A stretch of 64,000 nucleotides of DNA from Macrostomum lignano (lineage: Eukaryota): NCBI GenBank assembly GCA_002269645.1, contig NIVC01001023.1, positions 186,001 to 250,000 of the forward strand, given 5' to 3'. The notes under the pieces are model-generated. The model was not told where the DNA came from, did no database searches, and saw nothing but the letters and a program-made list of their open reading frames with translations. A program made the translations under genes and the position numbers. Shown here in pieces: positions 23,347 to 36,112 of the stretch. Each line of letters starts with the position of its first letter. Within the stretch, counting starts at the first letter, position 1.

Positions 23347-26300
23347 CTGAAATTGAGACGGTTTAATGAGCAGAGCATCTGTCCTAACATGTCTCAAGCG
23401 TGTCTGCTCTTAACTACCTGTCCTCTCTGCTCATGCATCTCAGCTTGCAACACGCGCTGGCCCGATGAGGCACCGCCCCCCCCCCTCTTAGCGAGCCATT
23501 CCGCACGCATGAGAGACCCAGCCAACGCCCCTGAGAGTCGCCTTTGTAAGCTGATCGGCAGATCGGCTGCTCACACTGTGCTCAAATCGGTGCATGCCGG
23601 AGTACCATCGCATGCGTGCGAGCTAGGCCGTGTGGATGGCAAAGAGAAATCTCGCAGACCTCTCCTCTCCGTGAGATCGTTTCCCCTAGAAGATGCTATC
23701 GCTCTCTCTCTCCAATCCTTTAGCTTCTCTGGACTTGGCGATCATTCATTTTCTCGCGAGAAAGTTTCTGAGCCAAAGTAGTCACCATTAGAACTGGAGA
23801 GAGCAGAGACAGGCGAAGTAACCGATATGGTTATTAGCAATCCAGGTATCCGTACCAAAATCTGGCGCACTTAGCCCTCGACCGTGAGTGGGTACATGAG
23901 CACTTAAGTGCCACTCTCACTTCAGCAGCATGTTCGACTTGATTCCCTTGACGAATGTAGCGCTTAGGTTCAACTACGAGTATAGTTCGATTAATGCCCC
24001 ATGAAACCGCTCTTAAATCAAAATATTCTCGGTTGCATCTTCTTGAAGATCCCAAAGGTATATGTACGCCTGCAGGTATACCGTGTGAACGAGAAGTCTG
24101 TAGACAGAAACAAGTTGTCTACCAACAGTATACTCGTAGTTTGGAGCGTAAGAAGCACGTAGCTAGAAAATAGTGGATTGCTGTTTAGGACTAACAATTA
24201 TAATTAGGTACAATTAGTTAGCTTAGTCAGCTACACATATTGAGCTGATCTGTTACTCGATAATGCCACGTGAACCTTTTATCAGCTACGAGAAAACAAT
24301 AATAGCGCTGTAGTAGGATATACGATATAGGATATCGTAACGATGGATGCGTTGCTATGGGGCACTGAGACTGATACCTACTGAAGCTGCCATTGTCCAC
24401 CGCTAATCTAGCATGCTAATGCATTGACTGCCTCTTGGAATGGAATTGCGCTGTAGAAATAACAATTGAGCCAAACGTTTTTAGCTGGTTTGAATGCCGG
24501 AATCTGTCTATACATAGCTGAAGGATAAACAGTTACCACCCAACTGCACAAAGCTCTCTAACCGGAGAACCCCCCCCCCCTCATCATCACAAAAGGGGAA
24601 TTCGCGCGAATAATACCGACGCTTTGATGAGAGGCTCAGCGGGATGAGGGAGGCTTTCGGGGAGGCGGGTTCAGCTTCTTTCCAAGCAAGCCGCCGCCAG
24701 AAATCGAATAACAAAGCTATTTATTAGGCCGACTGCACCACCCACGCCACTCGAATGACAAAGACAATCAAATTCTCTCCCTAAAGCCACTCCCTAAAGC
24801 CTCTTCTAGAATTCTAAATCCCCCTTTTTCGTTTGTCTTTGAATTTATGGCCATCCTCAGCTGATCGAGTTGGCTTGATCCTTTTTTCTAGAATTTTCCG
24901 TTGCAAAGCAGAGCCCACTTCAAACGGAGCGACTTAACCCTGCATGGCCACCTTAAGCCGGGCGGGCTACTTGAAAGCGTTAGGCAACGCCTCACCTCTT
25001 TCCAGGGATTAAGCCTCTCAAAAAGATTGCCTGCATTAGAGGCAGTGAGGCATGTGAAAAGGGCAGTATAGAGAGGAGAATTCCTCAGCCAAAAGTTGGT
25101 CTATTTAGCACGTTTTTTGCTTGCATACGAAATGAAGTGCTTTTTTGCTTTATCAGAATGAGAGACTTTGAGGCTTGAAGAAGTGAGCTCCCATTGAAAG
25201 TCGTAATCCCTGGCGGGAGTTACAGAGCTGAGATGGACTTTGGAGATTTTTTAAACTGCACTTGCACGAATCCTGGTTTTCAAAGCCTTTCAGACAGACA
25301 TCTAGAGCAGATATTTATCTTCAATGCGGAAAACTGAGTGAGTAGGGGCACAGAGCGACGAAATAACCTGCATATCTGACACGCATGTCTCAGGTTTTCT
25401 GCTTGGCCTACTTTGTGGAGAGATAGGGAGCGGCTTCCCACCGGAATCAATGAGGCAGATTTTTGCTGGTGTGGGCCAGCCTGCGATGGTGAGAACTTTT
25501 TCGAGAAAAGTGGATCAGCCAGACCCAAGTGATGCCTGACCCGCGCGGCTAGAGCTTGAATAAGGGTCGAGTTTGGAGTGGCTTATCATATCGCTAGAGC
25601 TGAGGGCTTAATTCCAGGGGGGGGGGTGAAAAGGAGAGGCTTTGGGTGTGGCCAACTTTGTTGGTTTCTGATCCCCTGCCAGCTGTGAAATAGAAGGAGA
25701 AAATGGCATGGTTAAAGGCACAGTAGAATTGAGCCAATACACCCCAGCACCATCGGCAGAGCCCTCCTTCCCAGAAGATCTCTCCATCCATCCCCTCTTT
25801 CCATCTTTATCCTCTCCTCTTCATAGCTGATTATTTGCTCTCTCGCGCCGAATATTTGCCAGAAAAAGCGAGGCCCTGCCATCGCCAGAGTTACCCCACA
25901 TACGAGTACTAAAGAAAGCTATATGCTGCCCCGGCCCTCGAAAACTTGCAACGCATTCGGAGAGCAGCTCTCTACAGCTGGGCCTCCGAGATAGGCCAGA
26001 CAAACAAAGGTGTGGAGAAACAGGGCAGCTGTGTGTGTAACGGCGGTGATGGAGCTGAGCCAAGTGACGTTGCTAGCAAGAACTTTAGAGAAAATAGGCC
26101 GACAGCCAGTTGAAGACTTTGTTCGGAAAGGACTAACAAGGAGACGGGTTTTAGTGCCAGTAAAGAACGTCTTTGGCTTCCGTCTGATTCCTATGCTAAA
26201 TTTTTTTTGCTCAACCGGCAGAAACAATCACAAACATTTTTAATCTCTTGTGGAGCTTTCAGATCTGGCAAGCATTTTCAGTCCCGTACTCAGAGTCAAA

Positions 26301-26571
26301 CTTGTCTAACCGAGGTAGCTAGTCAATCAATCGATTTGCCCAACCCCTATTCATTTCCTGGACTCAATCTAGACATTTTTAACCCATAAGCCTGAAACCT
26401 GGCAAACAGCGGAAAGGCGGCAGGGCGTTCGCATTGTACGGTGCGTCAGATTTTTAAAGCAAAGCTCTTGAAGATTTCCTTGTGTTAGTTTGTGCCTAAG
26501 CAGCGACATGTGATCAAACCTTGATTTTTCTTCACGTTAGGATCGATTGGGTTTCGGCTCTGCAAACTTAC

Positions 26572-26707
26572 CATTACTCCAGTGGCAATGGAAATGCCCC
26601 TACCGCAGTAGGTGTTGGGCACAATGTCTCCGTAGCCAATGCTCAGGAAGGTGATGGAGATCAGCCACATTGAGTTGAGTATATTTCCGTGTAGAGCATC
26701 GTGGTAG
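26572..26707 (-). CDS. KCNN: SK/KCNN coding exon 4: [45 protein letters not shown] (pore loop)
   Basis: tttcag|C acceptor, ATG|gtaagt donor, 136 bp. Contains the SIGYGD selectivity filter. Confidence 0.97.
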
Positions 26708-26952
26708 CTGAAAAAGAGAAATACGTGAGGATTTACCTTGATTTAATTAGTTAGGAGTGTGGCAAAAACGCTGTCAGCTACTATAGACAACGTATGTCAT
26801 TAACGAGCCTGTAATGATACAAGCTATTCGACCCACTAGGAAGCTCAAAGCATCATAAGCTCGAAATTTTAAAGCGATAACCATTTTTACTTAAGCCACG
26901 TGATAAAAATCACTACTTGAGACAATGTGAAACTTCGAACATCGAAGACGTA

Positions 26953-27270
26953 AAGTATCGAGCTGGTAAAGTATCAAGCTGGTAAAGTATCAAGCTGGTA
27001 AAGTATCGAGCTGGTAAAGCATCGAGCTGGTAAAGTATCGAGCTGGTAAAGTATCAAGCTGGTAAAGTATCAAGCTGGTAAAGTATCAAGCTGGTAAAGT
27101 ATCGAGCTGGTAAAGTATCGAGCTTGTAAAGAATCGAGCTGGTAAAGTATCGAGCTGGTAAAGTATCGAGCTGGTAAAGTATCGAGCTGGTAAAGTATCG
27201 AGCTGGTAAAGTATCGAGCTGGTAAAGTATCGAGCTGGTAAAGTATCGAGCTGGTAAAGTATTGAGCTGG
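26953..27270. repeat. 16-bp minisatellite (aagtatcgagctggta) in SK intron 3
   Basis: Visible periodicity. Confidence 0.95.
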
Positions 27271-27381
27271 AAATGTAGCGAGCTTGAAAGAGAGAAATTA
27301 CGAAGCATCAGGCCTGTGAATCGTCAAGCCGCTTTGAGGATGACACCAAGCTTAAGAACAAAAATCTCAAAAAAATCGAAC

Positions 27382-27800
27382 CTCTCGCAAGCCCGCAGAA
27401 GCCAGCTGGCGGTGATCCATAGCGACAGAATGAAGACCAGCAGCACAGTGCCGGGGAACATTGTCATCAGCGTCTTCAGTACGAATCGAGTGTTGAACGA
27501 GATCCGGTTCAGTGCGCCGATACTTCTGGAGCTGGCATCTGTAAACAGCTTGGAATGCAGCAGCATCACCCGGAAGATGAGGTACAACCGCAGGAACATG
27601 GGCAGCGACAGGAATAAGTCGATGGGCACCAATACTGATACTTTCTTTCTGTCGTGCGGCACGTAGGTTTCCCAGTTAAACGTCAGATCGTTGGGCACCG
27701 GGTGGATTGCGCAGACGATGACCTCCATCAGCATCTGCGTCAATCTTCTTGTCGTAATAGCGATTCGCCAGTCCTCTATGCAGTTGTCAATGCTGAACAG
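27382..27800 (-). CDS. KCNN: SK/KCNN coding exon 3: [14 protein letters not shown]...HPVP...MFLRLYL...[34 protein letters not shown]...WLLRACE (S3-S5)
   Basis: tttcag|CTG acceptor, AG|gttcga donor, 419 bp (139 codons + 2 nt), matching the phase of exon 4. Confidence 0.96.
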
Positions 27801-27894
27801 CTGAAATTGCGGTCGAGTCAGTGAGTACGTATGAATAAAAATATTGCAACCCAGAAGCTTTGATATTCAAATGCACATAAAAATTCAGAGGATT

Positions 27895-28200
27895 TTTTTA
27901 GATATGGGGGGCTGTGTGTGCACGCGTGGCGCACTTGAAGCGACATTGTCACAACCGGCGAGAGGCATTGCTGCCCATTCCATCAACTCCCCTAGGCAGG
28001 CACACAAGCGCGCGGATACGTACGCAGTCATACGCACGCACACACACACACACACAGGTGTTTACAGCGGCCCTAACTTTATTGTGCTTTGAGAGCTGGT
28101 CCTCAAGGGCGTAAATTGCGCGAGCAGAGCCAAGCCGAGGTTCCAATTCAGCCCCAAATAATTGGGACTGCACTTGGAATCGAGCAAGGGCCGATGACAT
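27895..28200 (-). mobile_element. tRNA-derived SINE, copy 1 (5' head degraded), in SK intron 2
   Basis: About 280 bp collinear with 45448-45807 (e.g. caaccggcgagaggcatt, gcaggcacacaagcgcgcggatacgtacgcag, gactgcacttggaatcgagc). A-rich 3' end on the minus strand. Confidence 0.8.
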
Positions 28201-29688
28201 CATAAGTCTTTAGACGTAGACTTAAAGAGAAACGTTAATTCGCTGCTTCCATAGCCATACTATACAGAATGTCCCAGTAGACTTTCAAGCAGCTTGCACT
28301 TGGGTACAAGAAAAAGAGCATACAAGCTGTAAGTAGTAAGAAGCAATTTTGCTGACAAGGCCTCTGTGGTCCGTCCCGTCTCTGGTTTGCACGGTTTGCA
28401 CGCTTGTAAGGCAAACGTTTTCTGGCTTCCAAGTTGCAGGTTAATGGGAGGACAAGGAATTAAAGTCCGACTGGCAAAATGCGGATGCCGCAGCTGCGGT
28501 AAAAGTTAAGCGAACGCGGACCAGCCCTTGAGGTGCCTCGGGGCAAAGCAGACAGAAAGTAATAAGTTTCCACCAGAGACAGAAAGTGATATTGCTTGTT
28601 GTTGGCATTTGCCAAGCCTGCTTGGGGCAGCCGCTGGCGAACGATAAAAAGGCAGTAAACCGGCTTCAACTGCGATGGGATTTTTCCTGCTCCGACTTTG
28701 CGCATAGCCGGACCCCGCTGTAGGTATTTCTGTCCTCGTTGCTGTCGTAAATCCAGTTTGAAAGCAGTGTCTCAATTATGGGGTCAGGTGAAGGCCGAAA
28801 GACAGAGCACTTCGCTCAGGTCTCTTATCTCTGTCTGCCTTGCGCGAATCCTCCCGCGACTTGATGTACATCTGCACCCTCGCGCTCCCCTAGGGCATCT
28901 CGGGGGCCTGTTTTTCAAAATCTTTTTTTTAGTTACGCTACTGAAAATGCGCTACGGACAGTGATGAATAATTCAACGTCACCTTTGCAGCGATGAAGTG
29001 AGGTTGTATCAGCATCTCGCTAGTCCTTATTATTTATGTATCTGCTTGCCCCCCGCCTCCTGAAAAACCTCATCGTATAGTATCGACGGCTGCAGGTCAG
29101 GAGATTCTGTCAGCCTCTCGGGGAGCTGCTTCAATTAGAAATAAATACCCCAGATGGATCAGCTGAGCAGTTTGAGTCCTGTTGAGTCCGGCTCACTGTG
29201 CCATGTTCAAGTGTCTGGCTGTCCTGAGACATCATTGCCGACCTGTCAACTGCAGGATGTGGACTTCTCAAGCGAGAGGCCTGAGCACAGCTGGTCTACA
29301 GGACAGCGTGATGAGAGCAAGAACTGATGGCTTAGTAGCTCATGTCACGCTCAGAATTTTGATGAGGCCGTCCCGGGCTGCTGGAGCCAAATCTGTAATC
29401 TAGTTGCACTTTTCAGTGGTTGGGACAAGTTCCTGACTTGCCGACTAACAACAAGATGATGAGTTCTATGAGACTGGCGGGCCAATGTTGCCTCAACTCT
29501 AGCTGGACCGTTTTACTGCACTTGATTCTATATTTAGCACAGGACACTCTTGGGCTGAAAATTTTATTATTAGTCACACGGAATCGACTTTGTTATCTTT
29601 TAACATCGGGCTCAGGGTGTCGCTTATCGAGTTTCGCGATACCAAACTGAAACGGTAAGAGCAGTTATCAAAAGTCTCCAGTACTTAC

Positions 29689-29784
29689 CTGTATCTCAAG
29701 CATGTGATAGCCGAGAATCAGGCCGACCAGAATCACCGTGGAGATGCTGATCAGCGAGCGGAGCACTTTGGAGTAGATGTCCGC
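29689..29784 (-). CDS. KCNN: SK/KCNN coding exon 2: ADIYSKVLRSLISISTVILVGLILGYHMLEIQ (S2)
   Basis: ccgcag|GCG acceptor, CAG|gtaagt donor, 96 bp. Not present in the ORF track. Confidence 0.95.
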
Positions 29785-32401
29785 CTGCGGGTTGTTGAGA
29801 CATAGGGAAATATAGAGACGGATCATCTTCTCTCTCGTCTCTAAAAGAGATACTCACTCATGGGCTGAGGGCCTTTTCCGCCTCGCCATCAAGGAGGATG
29901 GGGCTTGAAAGGCTCAGGAGACTGAAGATTCGCTAAAGATCTCTTGCTACGATGAAGGAGAGGCAAAGACCGGGATTGGAATCTCACTGCATTCTGCCAG
30001 GGATACTTCCAGTCAAAAGCTGGACGGTGATTAGTAGTTCATCGGGGGACTCCGGAGGATGAGAAGAGGCCTAACGTTGGCCCCCGAAAACCAGACTTTG
30101 GGGCTGCTTAGAAGGATGTCCCATTAGAGACTTTCGCTTCTGTTTGACTGCCTTTTCTCTGGGTTAATGCACTCTCTAGTCACTAATAAATGACCACAAG
30201 GCCTTGGGGGGGGGAGCATGATTTTAGCTCTTTGCTACTTTTCCATTTCCCCCAAAGACATTTCAGGTTACTTTCTCTGGAGTTCCATCCAGCCCTAGAG
30301 GCCTTGCTAATTTTTGTATAACCAAGAAAATGAGTCAAATATGAATAAATTATATGAAGCCGATGACTTCTGTTTGTCGGCACCCAGATTCGATCAAGAG
30401 ATCACGCAGGCTTTGCAATCCTGTCAAACGAGTTCTCAGCTAAATATAGAAGCCCCCAGCAGTGGATTCCGAGAGGAGTAGAGCTCAGAAATCAGAGCAG
30501 TAGGAGTTCGCACTGCTGCCGCTTCTCCTCAAAAGCGTTAGTTCTGCCGCTCTGTGTGTTTATCCAGGGGCTTCAGTCAATAATGGGCTGTGACTCAGTA
30601 ATATCATTGCCATACGCCTTCTTGCCTTTGCTTTGCTGCTCTCCCCTCCCCATCCCAAAATGCCTGCGCGTCGGCTTTATGCATCATTGATGACGAATAA
30701 TGTTATTAAATCCCATTCCAGAGCTCTCAGAGGCGGGGAGCCACTTCCTCAGAGAGAAAGCAGTTCCAGTTCTTTGAATTTAGAGAGGCAGCCAGCGTCG
30801 TTTATAGTTGATGGCATTAATATAAAATAGTGAATTATTGAGCTAACCAGCCTGTGCCACCAAACAATGCCCAGTTGCTCAACTCCCCAGCTGCCCATGC
30901 ATCTCCAAATGACTCGCTTGGCACTGCATTGCTCATTTTCCTAAAATGATTGGAAAAATTCAGAAGAGATATAAGAGGAGGCCGGCTGCTCATGCCACCC
31001 CACCTCCTTGTTTCGACCGACGCCCTCGCATCCATCAAGTGGGGCAGCTCTTATCTGGGTTGCCTCCCGGACTCGAGCCACCGATGGACGTCTTGAAGCT
31101 GCTTCATTTACAAAAAAACATTCGTTTTTTCTGCCTTTATCCTTCCTAGTTCCATCCCCCCTCCTGCCGCTGTCATGTCGGGGCAAAAGAGGGGGGTGCA
31201 GTGCGGCTCCAGCCAGCCCAGTCCCCTTGGGAGATTCTCCCTTCTCTTTCCCAACTCGCTTCTCGCTCCGAAGGAATCTGATTATAGTTTTGCATTTCCT
31301 GCTGCATCGTTGCGACAGACAGACAGAGCTGGCTGTGCATTATTTAGCAGCAGGGATGGCCGCTGCTTTGAACCAGTTCAAGAGGAGCGTCGGTTCAGCG
31401 AGGCCAGACACTCGACGAGTCCTTCAGATACTGGAATGACGCCCTGGGTCCAGTGCCAAATCCCTTGAATAGGTCCTTAGGAATAATTTAAAGCCTATGG
31501 CTTGTATAAATTTTCTTTTCCATACAAGATACTGGAGTCAGCAAATATGATTAAAAATTCGTTTTTGAATTCAATTACATTTGCCCTATTAAGTATTAAA
31601 ATCACTCAAGACTGTACCCAAAGGCCTCGGTGCTGCTCCTATGGGATCTTCTGTGGCACGCGTAAATCTGTGTAAAGTCTCTCCTAGGGTGGACTCGAAC
31701 CGTCATAGGGTGGCCGCTAATCCCTAATCTCAGTCAGATAGGCCCCAGAGCACGTGAGTCTCAGAACGCAAAAGCGAGGCTCGGAGGTTGGGTAATTTGA
31801 TAAAAAGTCGGCTGCACAGCCGCGGCTGCGTAGGAACTGCCTAGTGGTGGGGGGCTATTTTGATACGGGCAGAGAGAAGTCTCAGATTTCTCTGCTCAGC
31901 GGAATTGAGACAGAGGGTACGTTAGACAGCCAGAGAAGAGAGAGAAGGGGAGAAGCAATCAGCGAATTGGCCCGGGGGATCCGAGGGTTAAGCATTTCGC
32001 CTTTCCCAGAAAGCGAGCTGACTGCCATCAGCTCGATCGGCCCCCACCCCTGCCACCCCTCAGCCCGGCAGTTCCATAAATCATGAATAGCTCTGGCGTT
32101 CTTGACGTTCGGAGTGAAGCCGGGATTACTCAACTCCGTTAAGATAATTAGGCCTATTGTACTTTTGGACCACAGTCTGCGGCTAGCAGTGCCGTCTATC
32201 TCTGTAGAATGATCGATCGCTTTTAATTTCTCTGCCCCTCAATGTACACTGAAGGCGCGGCCTCAAAGTGGGTTTTGAAAATTATGAGTCAGAAGGTGAG
32301 CCTACACTGTACGAAGAGGTTACAGTGTCTGCCTGCACACACTGCCAGTGTGTTTTCGAAATCACATCATTCTTCCAAATCATCCAAAGGCCAACCCTCA
32401 A

Positions 32402-32660
32402 GGGTGTACATCAGAGTGTACATCAGAGAGTGTACATCAGAGAGTGTACATCAGAGAGTGTACATCAGAGAGTGTACATCAGAGAGTGTACATCAGAGAG
32501 TGTACATCAGAGAGTGTACATCAGAGAGTGTACATCAGAGTGTACATCAGAGAGTGTACATCAGAGAGTGTACATCAGAGAGTGTACATCAGAGTGTACA
32601 CCAGAGAGTGTACATCAGAGATTGTACATCAGAGAGTGTACATCAGTGAGTGTACATCAT
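32402..32660. repeat. 14-bp minisatellite (cagagagtgtacat) in SK intron 1
   Basis: Visible periodicity. Confidence 0.95.
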
Positions 32661-32812
32661 GCTTGGCGATTAGAAATTCAAAGAAGCCCCCTGTGCAACC
32701 TTGTTGACTGTTGTACAGGAGGTCGACTGTCGACTGTACGGCAGCGCTGCAAGCCCCCCCTCAATAGGCATTAAGAGACCAAATGCAATCACAAATGAAC
32801 TAAAAGACAAAC

Positions 32813-34240
32813 CTTGGTGTACTGCTTAGCCATGGTTAGTTCGGTCTCAATAATCATGATGACGATGCCGAACATGCCGAATGCCAAGGCGTAGTCGGAC
32901 AGTCGCTTCCGCTTCTCGTACAGCTGCCGTCGTCGGCCCAGTCTGTAGCCAACGTTGCGGCTGTGGCTGGGCGACTGGCTCATCCCGGTAGTCGCGTCGC
33001 CCTGCAGGTAGTCGTTCCCAGCGGCGTGGCCAATCAGCGAAGCGCCAGCATCGGGATCTGGCTGCAGCTGCTGTGACTGCTGCGATGCCTGCTGCTGCAG
33101 CAGGTGCTGCGACTGGTGCGACGTTGATGACTGATGCTGCAGCTGCTGCTGCTGCGGCTGCTTGGTGCGGCTGTCCTCCTCGCATGAGGAGCCTCGGCTG
33201 GACAGCGCCTGGACTCTTTTTAGCTGCCTGAAGCCCGAGATGGCGCCGTTGACTCGCATAAAGTCAGCGCCGACGTCTGTCAGGCCGCTGCGACTGCGGG
33301 AAGCGTCCGAGGAGCGCTCGGTCCGCCTGGCGCAGCAGTGGTGGTGATGATGATGGTGGTGGTGATGATGCTCCCCAGCACCAGTCTCGTTGATCATTGT
33401 GTCGCTGTGCCTCCGGTGACCCATCAGGGCGTCGTCCTCTTCCAGTCGGTCGCCGGGCTTGATGGAGCTGCACTCGGCAGTGACACTGCGCTGACGCGGC
33501 GTCCGAGTCAGAGCTCCGAGTCGCTGCTGCTGGTGCCGGTACTGGCGGAGATCGCCCGAGGAGGAGATCGGCACCCCGGGAGCGCCTCCGCCGCCACCGG
33601 CAATGATGACGCCCCCGCTGCCCGCCCTGTTGGCAGCCGAGGCAGCGACTCCCCCTGTTCCACTGGCGGCTGCTGCTGCAGCGGCGGCGCCCCGATCGAA
33701 GGACATCGCGGCCGTGAGCTCGGCTCCGCCCAGGTAGGAGAAATCGTGCGCTTCAGTTGGATTCTCCTCCAGCAATACTTCCATGGAAGCCGACTTGCCG
33801 GCCGTGCGTTGCTGCGCTCTGGGCCGGATCAGGCGGCACTTGCATTGGCAGCAGGTGCAGCCGCGGCACTGCTTGGATGCGGCTGCTTGGCTCCGGATCG
33901 ACTGTCTGAGACTCGACTGCGGCGGCGGAAGCGACGGCGGCGGCGGCAGCTGCGGCGGTAGTGACGGCGGCAGGCGAACCTCTGGCAGAATGTGCTGCGG
34001 CGGCTGCTGCTGTACAATGACCAGTGGCGCCAGTTTTATCTGCCTGCGCGGCAGCGTCTCCTCCTCGCCAGTTTGCTGCTGCGGCGGCGGCGGAGTTAGC
34101 AGATTGGCGGGCCCGGGGGCCGTGCCGGGCCAGAGGGCTGACATGTGCGTGGGTTGGCTGACTGGCTCACTGGCTGAGGGCCTGCAGGTCGCTGGATAGG
34201 CATAGAGGGGTAGAGAATTGAAAGCAGAGTTCATGCTCAT
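32813..34240 (-). CDS. KCNN: SK/KCNN coding exon 1: long low-complexity N-terminus plus S1 ([40 protein letters not shown])
   Basis: 476-codon open frame from ATG 34240 to the AAG|gtttgt donor. The C-terminal part matches the SK pre-S1/S1 consensus. The exact start codon is inferred. Confidence 0.92.
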
Positions 34241-34354
34241 CGTATCCCAGCCAAGGACTACTACTCCTAGGTTTAGGATTAACGGTATCTGGACTGTCTA
34301 GGTGCTTGAAACATCGTCTAAAAACATTCAGGTTTATTGGAGTAGAGAAAGCAA

Positions 34355-34392
34355 GAACGCGTTTCGTCAAACCCGACGTCTTAAGGGCTTAA
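34355..34392 (-). ncRNA. Degenerate Penelope-type hammerhead ribozyme-like motif
   Basis: Minus strand reads CCC-TTAAGA-CGTC-gggttt-GACG-AAACGCGTT. The core CUGANGA is mutated to CUUAAGA. Paralogous to 48880-48922. Confidence 0.45.
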
Positions 34393-35434
34393 TTCTCCAC
34401 TCTCTACCAGTCGGTTTCAGTCTTGATTTATAGATTTTTTGATTCTCCTGATAAAAGATTTTGATCAAAGCTTGCTTCAAACCCAACAACAACTTTGAAC
34501 AATTTATACGAGCGTAAATTGGTTCACGGGTCATGTGGTGACGAAATTCTATAAAAATGGTTTTGAAACGAGTCCTCACTTTCCTAGATTTTGATTGTTA
34601 ACCCATGATGTCTGAAAGCTTGTAAGAGGTGTGTAGAAAATTTCAATTATGTCCAAGTTGTGCTTTGCCGAGCTCCCTGGCTTCTGAGTAAAATGCAGTT
34701 ATGCCATTTATTTTTGCATCGTTAAGTCCCAATTTTCGTCAGCCTTTGAAGCCGGCGCTTTAGAGAAAAAACAATTGGGATTATTTTCAGAGCGATAGGG
34801 ATGGCCTGACACAGCCTGACAGATGCATCTCTGAGCATAGGAAATTGGGGAACATTTCCAAAATAATAGCCGCCTTTCCTCTGCTCAGAGGGTCTCTCAA
34901 TTCAGCTCAATTTGCTTTTTATCTCAGCAGCCAGCAGTTCAGCTGTCTTGTCAACCACTCTAGCAGATATTTGATTTGCCCCAACCCAAGGCCAATGCCA
35001 GGTACAAAAATTAATTAATGCACTCGACAACTGGCCTGCAGGAGGGACAGAGACAGGCGCACTCAAACCAAAACGTTTGCAAGCATAATCCCAAACTGCC
35101 GAGGCAATAAAGCCTTCAATCTGAGCACTTATTTGATCAGGGGCCTGCTGTGTGCTTTGATAGCGCGTGAGTTCTGGGCAATAAATCGTGACCTGTCTGT
35201 TTCTGGCAAACATGCAGAATGAGTAAGATAGGGAGAAATGGGGGGTTCTATAAGCCACAGTTTTTCAAAACATTTTGCGAATTTTTCTCGTTCCTTACAA
35301 CCTAATTGCACTACTACTGTATCAATTTCAGTAGTATCAGATGATTGTAGGCTGTTTTTTACTATTTCAACTTCAGGCACTTGCTTCTATGAAATGGCAA
35401 AATTTCTAACAGTAAGTGTTTTATAGAGTTTTGT

Positions 35435-36112
35435 CCTGAGTTTGGTTGCCCCTGAGTTGGGTGTCCTTATCCTGAGTTGGGTGTCCTTATCCTGAGTTGG
35501 GTGTCCTTATCCTGAGTTGGGTGTCCTTATCCTGAGTTGGGTGTCCTTATCCTGATTTGGGTGTCCTTATCCTGAGTTGGGTGTCCTTATCCTGAGTTGG
35601 GTGTCCTTATCCTGAGTTGGGTGTCCTTATCCTGATTTGGGTGTCCTTATCCTGAGTTGGGTGTCCTTATCCTGAGTTGGGTGTCCTTATCCTGAGTTGG
35701 GTGTCCTTATCCTGAGTTGGGTGTCCTTATCCTGATTTGGGTGTCCTAATCCTGATTTGGGTGTCCTTATCCTGAGTTGGGTGTCCTTATCCTGAGTTGG
35801 GTGTCCTTATCCTGATTTGGGTGTCCTTATCCTGAGTTGGGTGTCCTTATCCTGAGTTGGATGTCCTTATCCTGAGTTGGATGTCCTTATCCTGATTTGG
35901 GTGTCCTTATCCTGATTTGGGTGTCCTTATATCCTGAGTTGGGTGTCCCTGAGTTTGGTGTCCCTGAGTTGGGTATCCCTGAGTTTGGCGTCCCTGAGTT
36001 TGGTGTCCCTGAGTTGGGTATTCCTGAGTTTGGTGTCCCTGAGTTGGGTATCCCTGAGTTTGGCATCCCTGAGTTGTGTATCCCTGAGTTTGGTGTCCCT
36101 GAGTTTGGTGTC
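35435..36112. repeat. Compound minisatellite: 20-bp unit (cctgagttgggtgtccttat) switching to a related 15-bp unit (ccctgagtttggtgt) at about 35930
   Basis: Direct reading. Confidence 0.95.

Noticed and set aside
31685-31725. Isolated B-box-like GGTTCGAGTCC on the minus strand as a tRNA or SINE
   Set aside because: No A-box, cloverleaf or SINE body could be recognised.
32268-32400. + strand peptide GEPTLYEEVTVSACTHCQC as a nested gene exon
   Set aside because: No recognisable family, it runs directly into a minisatellite, and no further exons were identified.
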